DNA from: Candidatus Micrarchaeia archaeon
GTDB lineage: Archaea > Micrarchaeota > Micrarchaeia > CABMEP01
Assembly: GCA_038881595.1 (NCBI GenBank)
Contig: JAVZPM010000001.1
Coordinates: 224,001-288,000 of the forward strand
Direction: 5' to 3'
Length of the DNA stretch: 64,000 nucleotides
Made by a program: the position numbers and the translations under genes. Below, piece after piece: positions 8,905 to 19,011 of this stretch. Position 1 is the stretch's first letter. Every line of letters begins with the position of its first letter. Under the pieces are notes generated by a model. The model did no database searches and had not been told where the DNA came from. It saw only the letters and a list, made by a program, of their open reading frames with translations.

Positions 8905-9321
8905 TTACTTTCTTGAAATTTCTTTCGCTACGCTATTAAGAAGAGAGATCCCTTTATTTGAAATATGTCTTCCTTTTTTATCCTTAGTTATTAGATTTGC
9001 TTTTTCAAGTTGTTGCAATGCTTTTCTGATAATAGAACCACCAGCTTTAGTAGTATGCATTCTTCCGCTTTTACTTCCAGGCTTTCCTCCAAATCTTTCT
9101 CTAAGAGTATTGACACCCATCGGACCTTCAATATAAAGCGCTCTCAATATAGCTGCGCATCTTACATACCAGAAGTCTTCATCTTGTGGGACTCTTTCTC
9201 TGTGTGGTCCTGTTTTAACATATATTATCCATTCAGGTGGAGAAACCATTCCATCTTCTTTAAGTTTTTGAGCAACTCCTTTTATAAGTTTATTTGGCTC
9301 TACATCAAATACAGTAATCAT
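8905..9321 (-). CDS. rps19e: 30S ribosomal protein S19e
   Basis: TVFDV, PPEW..YVKTG, WYVRCAAILR, GGSIIRKALQQLE; start at MITVFDV. Confidence 0.97.
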   Translation of the reverse strand: MITVFDVEPNKLIKGVAQKLKEDGMVSPPEWIIYVKTGPHRERVPQDEDFWYVRCAAILRALYIEGPMGVNTLRERFGGKPGSKSGRMHTTKAGGSIIRKALQQLEKANLITKDKKGRHISNKGISLLNSVAKEISRK

Positions 9322-9322
9322 T

Positions 9323-9622
9323 TCAATCCCTCTTTTTAGCATACCCAAAGCGCCGCACTGATCCGCATGAGCACACATATTCAACGGATTTGCTTCGCTT
9401 GTTTAATTTTATTTTAACATTATATCCTGGAATCCATATTATATTACATATCTTGCATATTCTTTTTTTAAATCTTTTCGGAATAGCGACTCTGTATCTT
9501 GAAGAGAGTTTCCTTGCAAGAGATACATATCTTTTAGTTCTTTCTTGTTTTGTCTTTGCGTATTTTTCTGCAAGTCCAAGAAGCCATTCTATTCTCTCAA
9601 GAACCAGCTTCTCTTTATTCAT
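9323..9622 (-). CDS. rnp4: Ribonuclease P protein subunit Rpp21
   Basis: ERIEWL, RYVSLARKL, KRICKIC..IPG and C-x-CG zinc ribbon. Confidence 0.93.
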   Translation of the reverse strand: MNKEKLVLERIEWLLGLAEKYAKTKQERTKRYVSLARKLSSRYRVAIPKRFKKRICKICNIIWIPGYNVKIKLNKRSKSVEYVCSCGSVRRFGYAKKRD

Positions 9623-9637
9623 TTTGAAACCTTTAAA

Positions 9638-9748
9638 TGGGCCGGCGGAGATTTGAACTCCGGACCTACAGTTATCCTAAACCAGTTCTGAATATATCAG
9701 AACGCGCCATATAAGACTGTCGCTCTGACCTGGCTGAGCTACCGGCCC
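9638..9748 (-). tRNA. tRNA-Ile(UAU) with a 36-nt intron at position 37/38
   Basis: GGGCCGG/CCGGCCC-A acceptor; anticodon arm ACAGT-CT-TAT-A[intron]A-ACTGT; T arm CGGAG-TTCAAAT-CTCCG; CCA not encoded. Confidence 0.92.
9674..9709 (-). other. tRNA intron forming a bulge-helix-bulge motif
   Basis: Exon CTTA pairs with intron TAGG (4-bp central helix) between 3-nt bulges TA|T and AT|A; internal hairpin GTTCTGA/TCAGAAC. Confidence 0.88.
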
Positions 9749-9840
9749 TTATTATCTAGACACGAAATACTGTAGAATAGCAGAATTAATATTATATTAT
9801 AAAATATATAATTCTTTCTGTGACTATGGAGATAGAAGTA

Positions 9841-10284
9841 CTATTCACAACCAATACAATGTTCACAACCATGGCATTGCATTGATGTATATGAGTCAAC
9901 AGCATCTTTAAGTATTTCATTATGATCGAATCCGAGTTTTGGTACTTTATCTAAATCAAACCATTTTACTTCTTTAACTTCTTCATTTTCAGTCAAATTA
10001 ATAGTATTATCTTTTGGAAATGCTAGAAATGCTATGCTTATAGTATGTCTTTTATCTCTTTTGGGGTTTGAATATACACCAATTATACCTAACAATTCAA
10101 CATCAACTCCAGTTTCTTCTTTAATTTCTCTTATTGCTGCATGTTCAATATCTTCATTAATTTCTACAAACCCCCCAGGTAAACACCATTTTCCTATAAA
10201 AGGAGATTTTTTTCTTTTTATAAGAAGTACTTTATTATCATGGATTACTACAACATCAACAGCAGTAGGTCTATATTCTTTCAT
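9841..10284 (-). CDS. NUDIX hydrolase (ADP-ribose pyrophosphatase-like) with C-terminal Cys motif
   Basis: Nudix box PGGFVEINEDIEHAAIREIKEETG; LGFDH; terminal CHGCEHCIGC. Confidence 0.93.
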   Translation of the reverse strand: MKEYRPTAVDVVVIHDNKVLLIKRKKSPFIGKWCLPGGFVEINEDIEHAAIREIKEETGVDVELLGIIGVYSNPKRDKRHTISIAFLAFPKDNTINLTENEEVKEVKWFDLDKVPKLGFDHNEILKDAVDSYTSMQCHGCEHCIGCE

Positions 10285-10302
10285 TTTATCACCGTTTCGA
10301 AT

Positions 10303-10980
10303 TTACTGTTCTCCTTTTTCTATTCCATCACATTCCTGTTTATAAGGACAGAAATTACACATCCATCTTTTCTTTATATCTAATTTAGCCTCTGGTTCTG
10401 GAATTTCATTGTTCTTAACAGAATAATGCAATTTTTTGAATCTTGCAATTATCTTATCTGCAATAGTGGGGTCGTATTCTAAGAAAAACGCTTTACTCTT
10501 TAATGTATTCTTCTCTATATACAGTATCGCACCGTTTTTTACGCCAGTTACATGCATATAGAATTGTAGTTGCATTACATATGATTCTGAAGGTTCTTTA
10601 AGTGTATCTAATGATTTTGTTGATTTAACCTCTACAAGAACTTTTTCACCATTATGCTCTAATTGTATAAGATCATCAATTCTACCAATTACTTCAAATT
10701 CATCTATTTTATATTTCAAAGGTAATTCACTTTCTATAAGTTTTACTTCAGGGTTTTTTTCACTTTTTAAAACTTCTACTATGAATGCATGAAAAAGATT
10801 TCCTGCCTCAAATACTTTAGTAACTTCTGGTTCTACTGGTTTTGGTATTTTAATGTTAAACCAAGACTTTCTTAAACACTGACCGATTTCGGAAGGGTAG
10901 TATCTATTTTCTATTCTTTGTTTGACTTCCCTATGCAGATATCTATCTATAAATTTGTCAAAATCTATGTATTCCACCAT
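10303..10980 (-). CDS. Solo Cas4-like PD-(D/E)XK nuclease with Fe-S ligands
   Basis: YPSEIGQCLRK, GNLFH, GRIDD, VEVKS, QLQFYM and C-terminal C-x2-CPY-x3-C. Confidence 0.88.
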   Translation of the reverse strand: MVEYIDFDKFIDRYLHREVKQRIENRYYPSEIGQCLRKSWFNIKIPKPVEPEVTKVFEAGNLFHAFIVEVLKSEKNPEVKLIESELPLKYKIDEFEVIGRIDDLIQLEHNGEKVLVEVKSTKSLDTLKEPSESYVMQLQFYMHVTGVKNGAILYIEKNTLKSKAFFLEYDPTIADKIIARFKKLHYSVKNNEIPEPEAKLDIKKRWMCNFCPYKQECDGIEKGEQ

Positions 10981-11123
10981 ATAGCTCACTTATTATTTCT
11001 AACTTATCTTTATATTTGTTCCTAAAGTTAATTTCATGTGACTATCTAAGGCTAAAAAGCGAATATTTTTATTTATTATTTCATATTATTTTATTACTAT
11101 TTAATTTTCTATTCTTTTAAAAT

Positions 11124-11198
11124 GGGCCCGTAGCTCAGTTTGGCCAGAGCGTTCGGCTCTTAACCGAAAAGTCGTGGGTTCAAATCCCACCGGGCCCG
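11124..11198 (+). tRNA. tRNA-Lys(CUU)
   Basis: GGGCCCG/CGGGCCC-G acceptor; anticodon arm TTCGG-CT-CTT-AA-CCGAA; GTGGG-TTCAAAT-CCCAC. Confidence 0.96.
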
Positions 11199-11209
11199 CT
11201 TCTAAATAA

Positions 11210-12167
<958 letters not shown>

Positions 12168-12198
12168 TAATAAAATACCTTTTTTTGTTATCTATTTA

Positions 12199-12912
12199 AT
12201 GGGATCTTTAGCAGTTAAAGAGGAAGAGGAAAGAGAAAAGAAAAGAAGAGAGGAAGAGAAAAAGAAAAAAGAGCAGCAATCAAAGGAAGAACTACACCAT
12301 AAGACAGAAGCAAAGAAGGAAGCAATTACTAAAGGAGAGATGAAAGAAATGTCTTTCGGAGAGGCAAAACCTATTGTTGAAGTAGGGTACATGAAAGTAC
12401 ATATAAAAGGAACGCTTGCCTCTGAAAAATATGAACCGGTTATAAAGGAGTCGCTTGCGGTAAAGCTGATAGAAGAAGAAAGGAAAAAAGAGATTGAGAA
12501 AGAAAAGGAGAGGATTACAGAAGAGATACAAAAAGCAGAAGAAAAAATCAGAAGAGAGGAAGAGGCAATAAAACAGATAAGGGAAGAAATAACTAAAATG
12601 GGAGAAAAGGAAATCAAAGAGAAAGAAGCAAAGATTAAAGAAAAGTTAGAGAAAGAAAAGGCACAAGAAAGGATAAGGAAGGAAAAGGAGCAGATAAAGA
12701 AACTTCTCGATGATGCAAGGAAGAAAGGAATGCTAGAACCCATAAAAGATATTGCAAGGGAATTACTAGAAAGAGAGATAAGAAGAGGAACTCCTCCAAG
12801 GAGGGCATTGCAAACGGTGATGGTAATACTGAAGAGATTGGATCTTGTTAAGACAAAGAAGGAGAAGAAATCAATATTCGGTTTTCTTAAATCATTATTA
12901 AAGAAAAAATAA
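12199..12912 (+). CDS. Lys/Glu-rich coiled-coil hypothetical protein
   Basis: Purine-rich coding bias; ATG 12199 preferred because TTG 12121 lies inside the epimerase remnant; amphipathic C-terminus SIFGFLKSLLKKK. Confidence 0.75.
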   Translation: MGSLAVKEEEEREKKRREEEKKKKEQQSKEELHHKTEAKKEAITKGEMKEMSFGEAKPIVEVGYMKVHIKGTLASEKYEPVIKESLAVKLIEEERKKEIEKEKERITEEIQKAEEKIRREEEAIKQIREEITKMGEKEIKEKEAKIKEKLEKEKAQERIRKEKEQIKKLLDDARKKGMLEPIKDIARELLEREIRRGTPPRRALQTVMVILKRLDLVKTKKEKKSIFGFLKSLLKKK

Positions 12913-12974
12913 TTTGAGCCAAATTATATTGGATAGTTAATTCAAATCAAAATAATAAGTTGACCGGTGTTTTT

Positions 12975-13724
12975 ATGTCTTCTCATTCAAAAAAGTTAAA
13001 GATCATAGAAATGTACAATAAATTACTTTCAGATTACGGTAGACAAGGCTGGTGGCCAATAAAATCATTAGCAGGAAAAAAAGGTTTCGATGAAAGAGGA
13101 TATCATAAAGGTATTTTCACTTATCCTAAAACAAGAGAACAAAGGTTTGAAATAGTCATAGGAGCAATATTAACTCAAAACACAAATTGGAAAAATGTTG
13201 AAAAAGCATTGGAAAATTTATTTTCTTTTAATTTAATATCTCCTGAAGCAATATTAAGTGCAGATGAGAAAGAGCTAGCTGAAAAGATTCGTTCAGCAGG
13301 TTATTTCAATCAAAAGGCAAAAAAATTGAAGTATATCTCTTTATGGTTTATAGAAAATGATAACAAACTTAAGAAGCTTAATAGAGTATTATTCAATTCA
13401 AAAAAAGAGGCAATCAAAATTCTTGAAGCACGAAAGAATCTTCTTGATGTACACGGTGTGGGTTTTGAAACTGCAGATTCTATTCTTTTATATGCTTATA
13501 ATCTACCTATATTTGTGGTAGATACATATACAAAAAGACTTTTCAGAAAAGCAGGTTTGCTGTCAGCTAAGAATATGTCACATGAAAAAGAGTATCAAAT
13601 TATTCAAGATATGGTTCATTCAACATTTTCAGATTTATCAAATGCAGATAAATTTAAAATTTTCAATGAGTTTCACGCTTTGATTGTAGAATGGGGTAAA
13701 AATAATTCAAAAAACAGTTTCTAA
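12975..13724 (+). CDS. HhH-GPD family DNA glycosylase (endonuclease III-related)
   Basis: YGRQGWWP, FEIVIGAILTQNTNWKNV, GVGFETADSILLYA, FVVDTYTKR, EFHALIV. Confidence 0.93.
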   Translation: MSSHSKKLKIIEMYNKLLSDYGRQGWWPIKSLAGKKGFDERGYHKGIFTYPKTREQRFEIVIGAILTQNTNWKNVEKALENLFSFNLISPEAILSADEKELAEKIRSAGYFNQKAKKLKYISLWFIENDNKLKKLNRVLFNSKKEAIKILEARKNLLDVHGVGFETADSILLYAYNLPIFVVDTYTKRLFRKAGLLSAKNMSHEKEYQIIQDMVHSTFSDLSNADKFKIFNEFHALIVEWGKNNSKNSF

Positions 13725-13867
13725 TTCAGATATAAAAAGAAACCTTTTTATATATGCTTAAAAATTTAGAAAAGAATTTAAATAACAAAACACATTATAT
13801 ATGAGGCATAATAAAACTAATGATTAAAAATAAGCAATATAGGATGCACCCAGTGAGGCTAGATTGA

Positions 13868-14737
13868 ATGAAAACTGATATTAAAGATATAAAAGAAGAG
13901 GCATTAAAAAGTCAAATAAGACTTGAAACAGAACTTCTTTATAATCCACTAGTTACTGATTATCTAAAAACTAATTTTGGTGAAAACTCGATCAAAGTAA
14001 TTTCCGCTGCTCTGGAAGAAATGACAGATGACGCAATAGCAGCAAGATGCAAGCTTAAAGTCGCAGAAGTAAGAGCAATACTAAATAAGCTTTACAACTA
14101 CAAAATGGCAGAGTATAAAAGAATAAAGGACAGAGATACTGGCTGGTTTTCATATATATGGAAGATAGACGTATCTAATATTCTCAATATAATAAAGGAG
14201 CAAACAATAAATAGAATAGAGGAGCTAGATAAAACAGTAGAAAAAATGAATACAGAATTTGTATACTACTGTCCACAATGCTCAAAAACAAATCTAATAA
14301 GTTTTGATCTTGCAGCTGATTTGATGTTTAGATGTCCAAATTGTGAAAATAAACTATTGGAAAAAGAAAGAGATTCAAAAGATAAGTATGAAAAAGAGCT
14401 TATTGAATTAAAATCTAAACACATTTCTTTACTTGAGGATATAAGAAAGTTCGAAGAACTTAAACGTCAAGAAGAAATTAGAATAAAGGAGCTCCAGGAG
14501 AAGATGGCGGAGATGACAAAGATAGAAGAATTATCTAAATCTAAATCAAAGATTAAAAGAGTAGTAAGTAATAAGATAATTAAGAAGTCAAATAGGAAGT
14601 TAAATAATAATTTAAACAAAAAGTCATCTATTAAAGTTAAGCATATGAAATCTAAGGAAGTATCAAGAGGCAAAGAAGCAATTATTAAAAAGAAATCATC
14701 AAAACCTGCAAAATCAAAAGGTAAGAAAAAGAGATAA
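13868..14737 (+). CDS. tfe: Transcription factor E alpha with Lys-rich C-terminal tail
   Basis: TDDAIA..VRAILNKLY..Y.RIKDRDTGWFSYIW wHTH; YYCPQC...FRCPNC zinc ribbon. Confidence 0.93.
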   Translation: MKTDIKDIKEEALKSQIRLETELLYNPLVTDYLKTNFGENSIKVISAALEEMTDDAIAARCKLKVAEVRAILNKLYNYKMAEYKRIKDRDTGWFSYIWKIDVSNILNIIKEQTINRIEELDKTVEKMNTEFVYYCPQCSKTNLISFDLAADLMFRCPNCENKLLEKERDSKDKYEKELIELKSKHISLLEDIRKFEELKRQEEIRIKELQEKMAEMTKIEELSKSKSKIKRVVSNKIIKKSNRKLNNNLNKKSSIKVKHMKSKEVSRGKEAIIKKKSSKPAKSKGKKKR

Positions 14738-14879
14738 CCTTAATGATTTAAATATTTTCTTATATGATATTTATTCAGTTATATAATTCACAATATACTA
14801 AAGTTATTCGATTGTATAATTTTATTTGATGATTTTATTCTATTAAATTTAATTTATACTTTATGTTACAGGTGAATAT

Positions 14880-15068
14880 ATGGATTATTCTGAATTTACT
14901 AAGTTTGAAATTGCAAGATTAATCGGTGCAAGAGCTCTTCAGTTATCAATGGGAGCACCACCAATGATAGAATTGCCGAATAATACGTTTGAACCTTCTG
15001 CTATTGCAAAGCTTGAATTTGAAAAGGGTGTAATTCCCCTTACAGTTTATAGGCCAAATAAAGGCTGA
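14880..15068 (+). CDS. rpoK: RNA polymerase subunit K (Rpo6)
   Basis: TKFEIARLIGARALQLSMGAP...A..E...GVIPL. Confidence 0.97.
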   Translation: MDYSEFTKFEIARLIGARALQLSMGAPPMIELPNNTFEPSAIAKLEFEKGVIPLTVYRPNKG

Positions 15069-15096
15069 TTTCTATAATATTTAAAGGTGTTTAAAA

Positions 15097-15642
15097 ATGT
15101 TGGAATTGATATTTGGTTTAATAGTGCTTATAGTAATTATTGCTGTTTTAATATATAATAACCTAATTGTACTAAGAAACAATGTTGAAAATGCATGGGC
15201 ACAGATTGATGTGCAATTAAAGAGAAGAGCAGATCTTATTCCTAATTTAGTAAATACAGTGAAAGGATATATGAAACATGAGAGAGAAACTCTTGAAAAT
15301 ATAACAAAAGCAAGAGCCGCATTAATGTCTGCAAAAACACCACGAGAGGCAGCGCAAGCAGATAATATGCTCTCAAGCGCGCTTAAGTCCTTATTTGCAG
15401 TTGCAGAGAATTATCCAAATCTAAGGGCAAGTGAAAACTTCCTTAGATTACAAGAAGATCTTTCAGACACAGAAAACAAAGTAGCATATTCTAGGCAGTT
15501 GTATAATGATAACGTTCTCTTATACAACAGAACAATTCAAACAATTCCAAACAACATCATAGCTAGAATTTTCGGTTTCAAAGAAAAGGAATATTTCAAA
15601 GCCGAAGAAGAAGCAAAGAAAGCACCAGAAGTCAAATTTTGA
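15097..15642 (+). CDS. lemA: LemA family protein
   Basis: N-terminal [42 protein letters not shown]. Confidence 0.96.
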   Translation: MLELIFGLIVLIVIIAVLIYNNLIVLRNNVENAWAQIDVQLKRRADLIPNLVNTVKGYMKHERETLENITKARAALMSAKTPREAAQADNMLSSALKSLFAVAENYPNLRASENFLRLQEDLSDTENKVAYSRQLYNDNVLLYNRTIQTIPNNIIARIFGFKEKEYFKAEEEAKKAPEVKF

Positions 15643-15744
15643 TTTAAGTTAATTCTGATTTTTTATTTTTAGTTTTCTACTTATTTTATATTTAATTTTT
15701 AGGAACATTTTTTATGTATACTCTTAACTTAACTATTATATTTT

Positions 15745-16674
15745 TTATATTGTTTCAGTCAGGATAAATATCCCACTATTTCTTCCAACTAAATTTTCTA
15801 CTTCAATAGAAGCATTAAGTGATTCCCTTGGTGTTTTATATATTCCAAAAACTGCACCGCCAGAACCAGATAATAATGCGCATTCAGCTCCAGCTTCCTT
15901 AAAACATCTCTTTACTTTCTCAAGAATTGGATACATCTTGAATACCACAATTTCAAAATCGTTATATGCAAGGTCCCCTATTCCATTCCAATTTCCTTTT
16001 ATCAGCTCTTTCTTCATCAGACACAATCTTGCCATTAAAGCCTTGTCGTAATTAGGGCCTATTTTCTCTTTTTCTTTATCTATCATATTATAAAGTGTTC
16101 CAGTTTTAGAAGGATATTCTGCCATATATCCATGAGGTATGTATATTGATACATATCTCTTAGGAAGAAAGTATTTTTCTATTATCTTGTCTCCGTATCT
16201 TTCAGCATAAGTTGCATTTCTATACATTCCCTGTGGAACATCGGCACCTATTTCTGCACCTATCTCCAACATTTCCTCTTCATTAAGTCCTAACTTAAAT
16301 CTTTCATTAATAAATTTGATTACAGGAACTGCATCAACCGCGCTTCCACCCAAACCACTTGCGATAGGAATCTTTTTTTCTATATGTATTTGATAGTTGA
16401 TTTGATCTATCTTTAATTTTGTTTTTTCGCAGATTTTAATTATTGCTTTGTAAACGCTGTTTTTTTCATTAAGCGGTATTTTTTCATTGCTTGTAAGTTT
16501 AATTCCTTTGTCTTTTGTTTCTTTTATTATCACTTCATCAAATAAATCTAGAGGCTGGAAAACAGTTTTCAATAAATGATATCCTTTTTCATCTTTTTTC
16601 CCTACTTGTAAGAAAAGATTTATTTTTGCATGAGCTTTCAATGTAACCATATCTCTATCTAATTGCATTGTCAT
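15745..16674 (-). CDS. ispE: 4-diphosphocytidyl-2-C-methyl-D-erythritol kinase-like GHMP kinase
   Basis: AHAKINLFLQV, GYHLLKTVFQ, KKIPIASGLGG, GADVP, NDFE, LSGSG.AVFG: IspE-type motif set. Confidence 0.82.
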   Translation of the reverse strand: MTMQLDRDMVTLKAHAKINLFLQVGKKDEKGYHLLKTVFQPLDLFDEVIIKETKDKGIKLTSNEKIPLNEKNSVYKAIIKICEKTKLKIDQINYQIHIEKKIPIASGLGGSAVDAVPVIKFINERFKLGLNEEEMLEIGAEIGADVPQGMYRNATYAERYGDKIIEKYFLPKRYVSIYIPHGYMAEYPSKTGTLYNMIDKEKEKIGPNYDKALMARLCLMKKELIKGNWNGIGDLAYNDFEIVVFKMYPILEKVKRCFKEAGAECALLSGSGGAVFGIYKTPRESLNASIEVENLVGRNSGIFILTETI

Positions 16675-16691
16675 TTTATCACTTTATTAGA

Positions 16692-17366
16692 TCATTCCTC
16701 TATTTTCTCATCAAATGGACCTAAAACAAATTTCTTTTTGGCAACCTGCTTTTTTTCTTTCATTTCTTTTTCTCTTGATAATCTCTTTAGAGTTTCAAAT
16801 GAATTTTTCAATTCATTTATCTCGTTTTTTAAGTTTTTTACTTCCTCTGTAAGCAGTGATACAGGATCCACTTTCTTTTCTTTGTTAGCATCAATGTTTA
16901 GTTTTATTTCTTTTGCTATTTCTTCTGCATTTAATATGCCAGGTAAGTAAAACGTTTCATTTCCATGTATTTTGAGTACACTTATCTTAAATAGCTTATC
17001 TACCGCTGCTAAGTTATCCTCATCACAATGTGCATCTTTTAGTTCTGTATATGGGATGAATCTTTCTTTTGTAAATATTATTCCATCTGTTATTTTAATG
17101 CCTTTCTCCTCTAAAATTATTCTTTTTCTTTTTACGATAAATGTATAAAATAGAAAAGCACCCATTCCAGCTATTACAAAAGTGATTATAAATAAAGTGA
17201 GAATAACTATAGAATTAGTTTGTCCCTTTGATAGCTCTATATTTAGATTAATAGATTCGAGTAAAGAAAGAACTAAATATACTACTCCCCAAAAAACAGT
17301 CAAAACAACAAGAACTTTAGTTAAAAGCGAAAATAAATATTCTTTTGAAGTATTTATTTCTTTCAT
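16692..17366 (-). CDS. Membrane protein with bacterial PH (bPH_2)-like domain and coiled coil
   Basis: Two TM helices, then GIIFTKERFIPY...DKLFKISVLKI...LPGI.NAEEI. Confidence 0.7.
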   Translation of the reverse strand: MKEINTSKEYLFSLLTKVLVVLTVFWGVVYLVLSLLESINLNIELSKGQTNSIVILTLFIITFVIAGMGAFLFYTFIVKRKRIILEEKGIKITDGIIFTKERFIPYTELKDAHCDEDNLAAVDKLFKISVLKIHGNETFYLPGILNAEEIAKEIKLNIDANKEKKVDPVSLLTEEVKNLKNEINELKNSFETLKRLSREKEMKEKKQVAKKKFVLGPFDEKIEE

Positions 17367-17998
17367 TCTCCCCCTTCTTTTATTTTATTATAATGAACAT
17401 TATTGAATTCATAGATGTCCTTTTCATCAGACATCCATTTTTCTATCAACTCTTCCTTTTTTCCATTTATCATTTCACTTCCAGTTGGATCTATAAAATA
17501 CCATTCATCTTTGAATTTAAAAGATACAGCTACCTTTGTCCCATCATTTATTCCAACTACAACATAACTGTCATAATTGTCAAGTGCTATCAAGATAGAG
17601 CAGAGGAAAATAGCCTTGTCCATCGGATCTCCGCCTCTTAGCTTAATAATGTCTTTTGGCATTAGCCAGAAATCAATAGGAGTTCTTATTGTTCTTATTC
17701 TTCTTATGTATTCATGAGCTTCTTTTGCTGCTGCAATAAAGTCTCTTTCATAAATATAGGGCTTGAATTTGGATTTTATTTCCTCACTAATCCTTTTTAC
17801 CTCTTCATCTCTTGGGTTTATCATTGCTTTTAAATCTGCTATCGTTTTCGTTTCGCTTTGTTCTATTGTTGATCTATATCTGTCTATTATTAGCTCAAGA
17901 AGCTTTATCCTATCTTTAAGTATGTTTATTTCGTTTCTTCTTTCAACAAACTCTTCTTTTTTTGATATAGATTTGAATTCATCAACCATATAACTCAA
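17363..17998 (-). CDS. Transglutaminase-like fold protein, catalytic Cys absent
   Basis: FWLMPKDI....GGDPMDKAIFLCSIL (GDCxDxA motif with C replaced by P); WYFIDPT; N-terminal coiled coil. Confidence 0.7.
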   Translation of the reverse strand: MSYMVDEFKSISKKEEFVERRNEINILKDRIKLLELIIDRYRSTIEQSETKTIADLKAMINPRDEEVKRISEEIKSKFKPYIYERDFIAAAKEAHEYIRRIRTIRTPIDFWLMPKDIIKLRGGDPMDKAIFLCSILIALDNYDSYVVVGINDGTKVAVSFKFKDEWYFIDPTGSEMINGKKEELIEKWMSDEKDIYEFNNVHYNKIKEGGE

Positions 17999-18108
17999 TT
18001 TATTCTATGATTGTGAATATTAAAAATCTATCTTTTTATACATTTCTAAAAATAATTTAGAATGGTTGCTTTATTAATTGCGTTTTGCCTATCTGTATAT
18101 AAAATCTA

Positions 18109-18984
18109 TTATACTCCAAGAGTTACTCTTAAGAGATTTCTTATTCCAGGTGCAAGACCGAATATAATTATTAGAAGGTATAGAAAATATCTTTCGTTTT
18201 CATTTTCAGCCTCTCTTTCTATAATTAAAGATGCAAAAATAGCAAAGAGAACTTTTATGAATAGATAGATTATTGTTCCGTAAACAATGATTTCGCTAAA
18301 GAACCTCTCTACTACATGCTGACCAAAATAACAGATTCCTTTTTCTGTGCAAAGAGGGGAGAATCTATTGAAGATCTCTATGGCAACAAAGCTTGAAACA
18401 CCATCAAGAGTATGAGCTGCAACTGCGATTCTTGGAAGTATTTTATTTAATTTATATCTTTCCATTATAAGATGAGAAAACACCATAATCATTCCTGAAA
18501 GAGCCAGTATAGTTATTAGATAAGTAGGATCTTGAATCATACTTAATACGATAATTAAGTGAGGAAGACACAACAATATACCTATTGCAGGATAGATTTT
18601 AGGCTGTTTAAGTTTGATGCTTATATATAGCGAAAGTATTGTTATCAATCCTATAATTACATATATCCCAGGTGTGGCTGTAAGAAAACCATAGTTATAT
18701 ATTCCACTTTCAAGAAATGGACCAAATAGCCAATAGAATTGATGTTCTTTCCAATCAATGCCTGCTTCTGTAGCATCTGTAATAACTCTAACAGTTGATC
18801 CCAATATTATGAATGGAATAGTATAGATAATAAGTTCCTTTGTAAAGTATTTTTTGAATTTCTTATATATTAAAAAAGCTGCCACTATCGCAATAATTGC
18901 ATAAACAAAAGTATTAATGATATTATATCCAGTGTGTTCAATTATAGGATTAATGAAATAATCTTGTATAAAATTATCTATCAT
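18109..18984 (-). CDS. DUF63-family archaeal membrane protein
   Basis: GYNIINT..YA, PFIILGSTVRV..D, TPGIY, AHTLDG, QHVV, GLAPGIRNLLR. Confidence 0.88.
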   Translation of the reverse strand: MIDNFIQDYFINPIIEHTGYNIINTFVYAIIAIVAAFLIYKKFKKYFTKELIIYTIPFIILGSTVRVITDATEAGIDWKEHQFYWLFGPFLESGIYNYGFLTATPGIYVIIGLITILSLYISIKLKQPKIYPAIGILLCLPHLIIVLSMIQDPTYLITILALSGMIMVFSHLIMERYKLNKILPRIAVAAHTLDGVSSFVAIEIFNRFSPLCTEKGICYFGQHVVERFFSEIIVYGTIIYLFIKVLFAIFASLIIEREAENENERYFLYLLIIIFGLAPGIRNLLRVTLGV

Positions 18985-19011
18985 TTTACCACTAATTCTT
19001 GCTAATTTATT

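Noticed and set aside
9638..9748. Reading this tRNA as Met/Ile2(CAU) or as intronless
   Set aside because: The sequence has TAT at positions 34-36 and a well-formed BHB at 37/38; only the 36-nt excision gives a 7-nt loop.
10303..11120. CRISPR-Cas locus suggested by the Cas4-like gene
   Set aside because: No repeat-spacer array and no other cas genes seen anywhere in the window.
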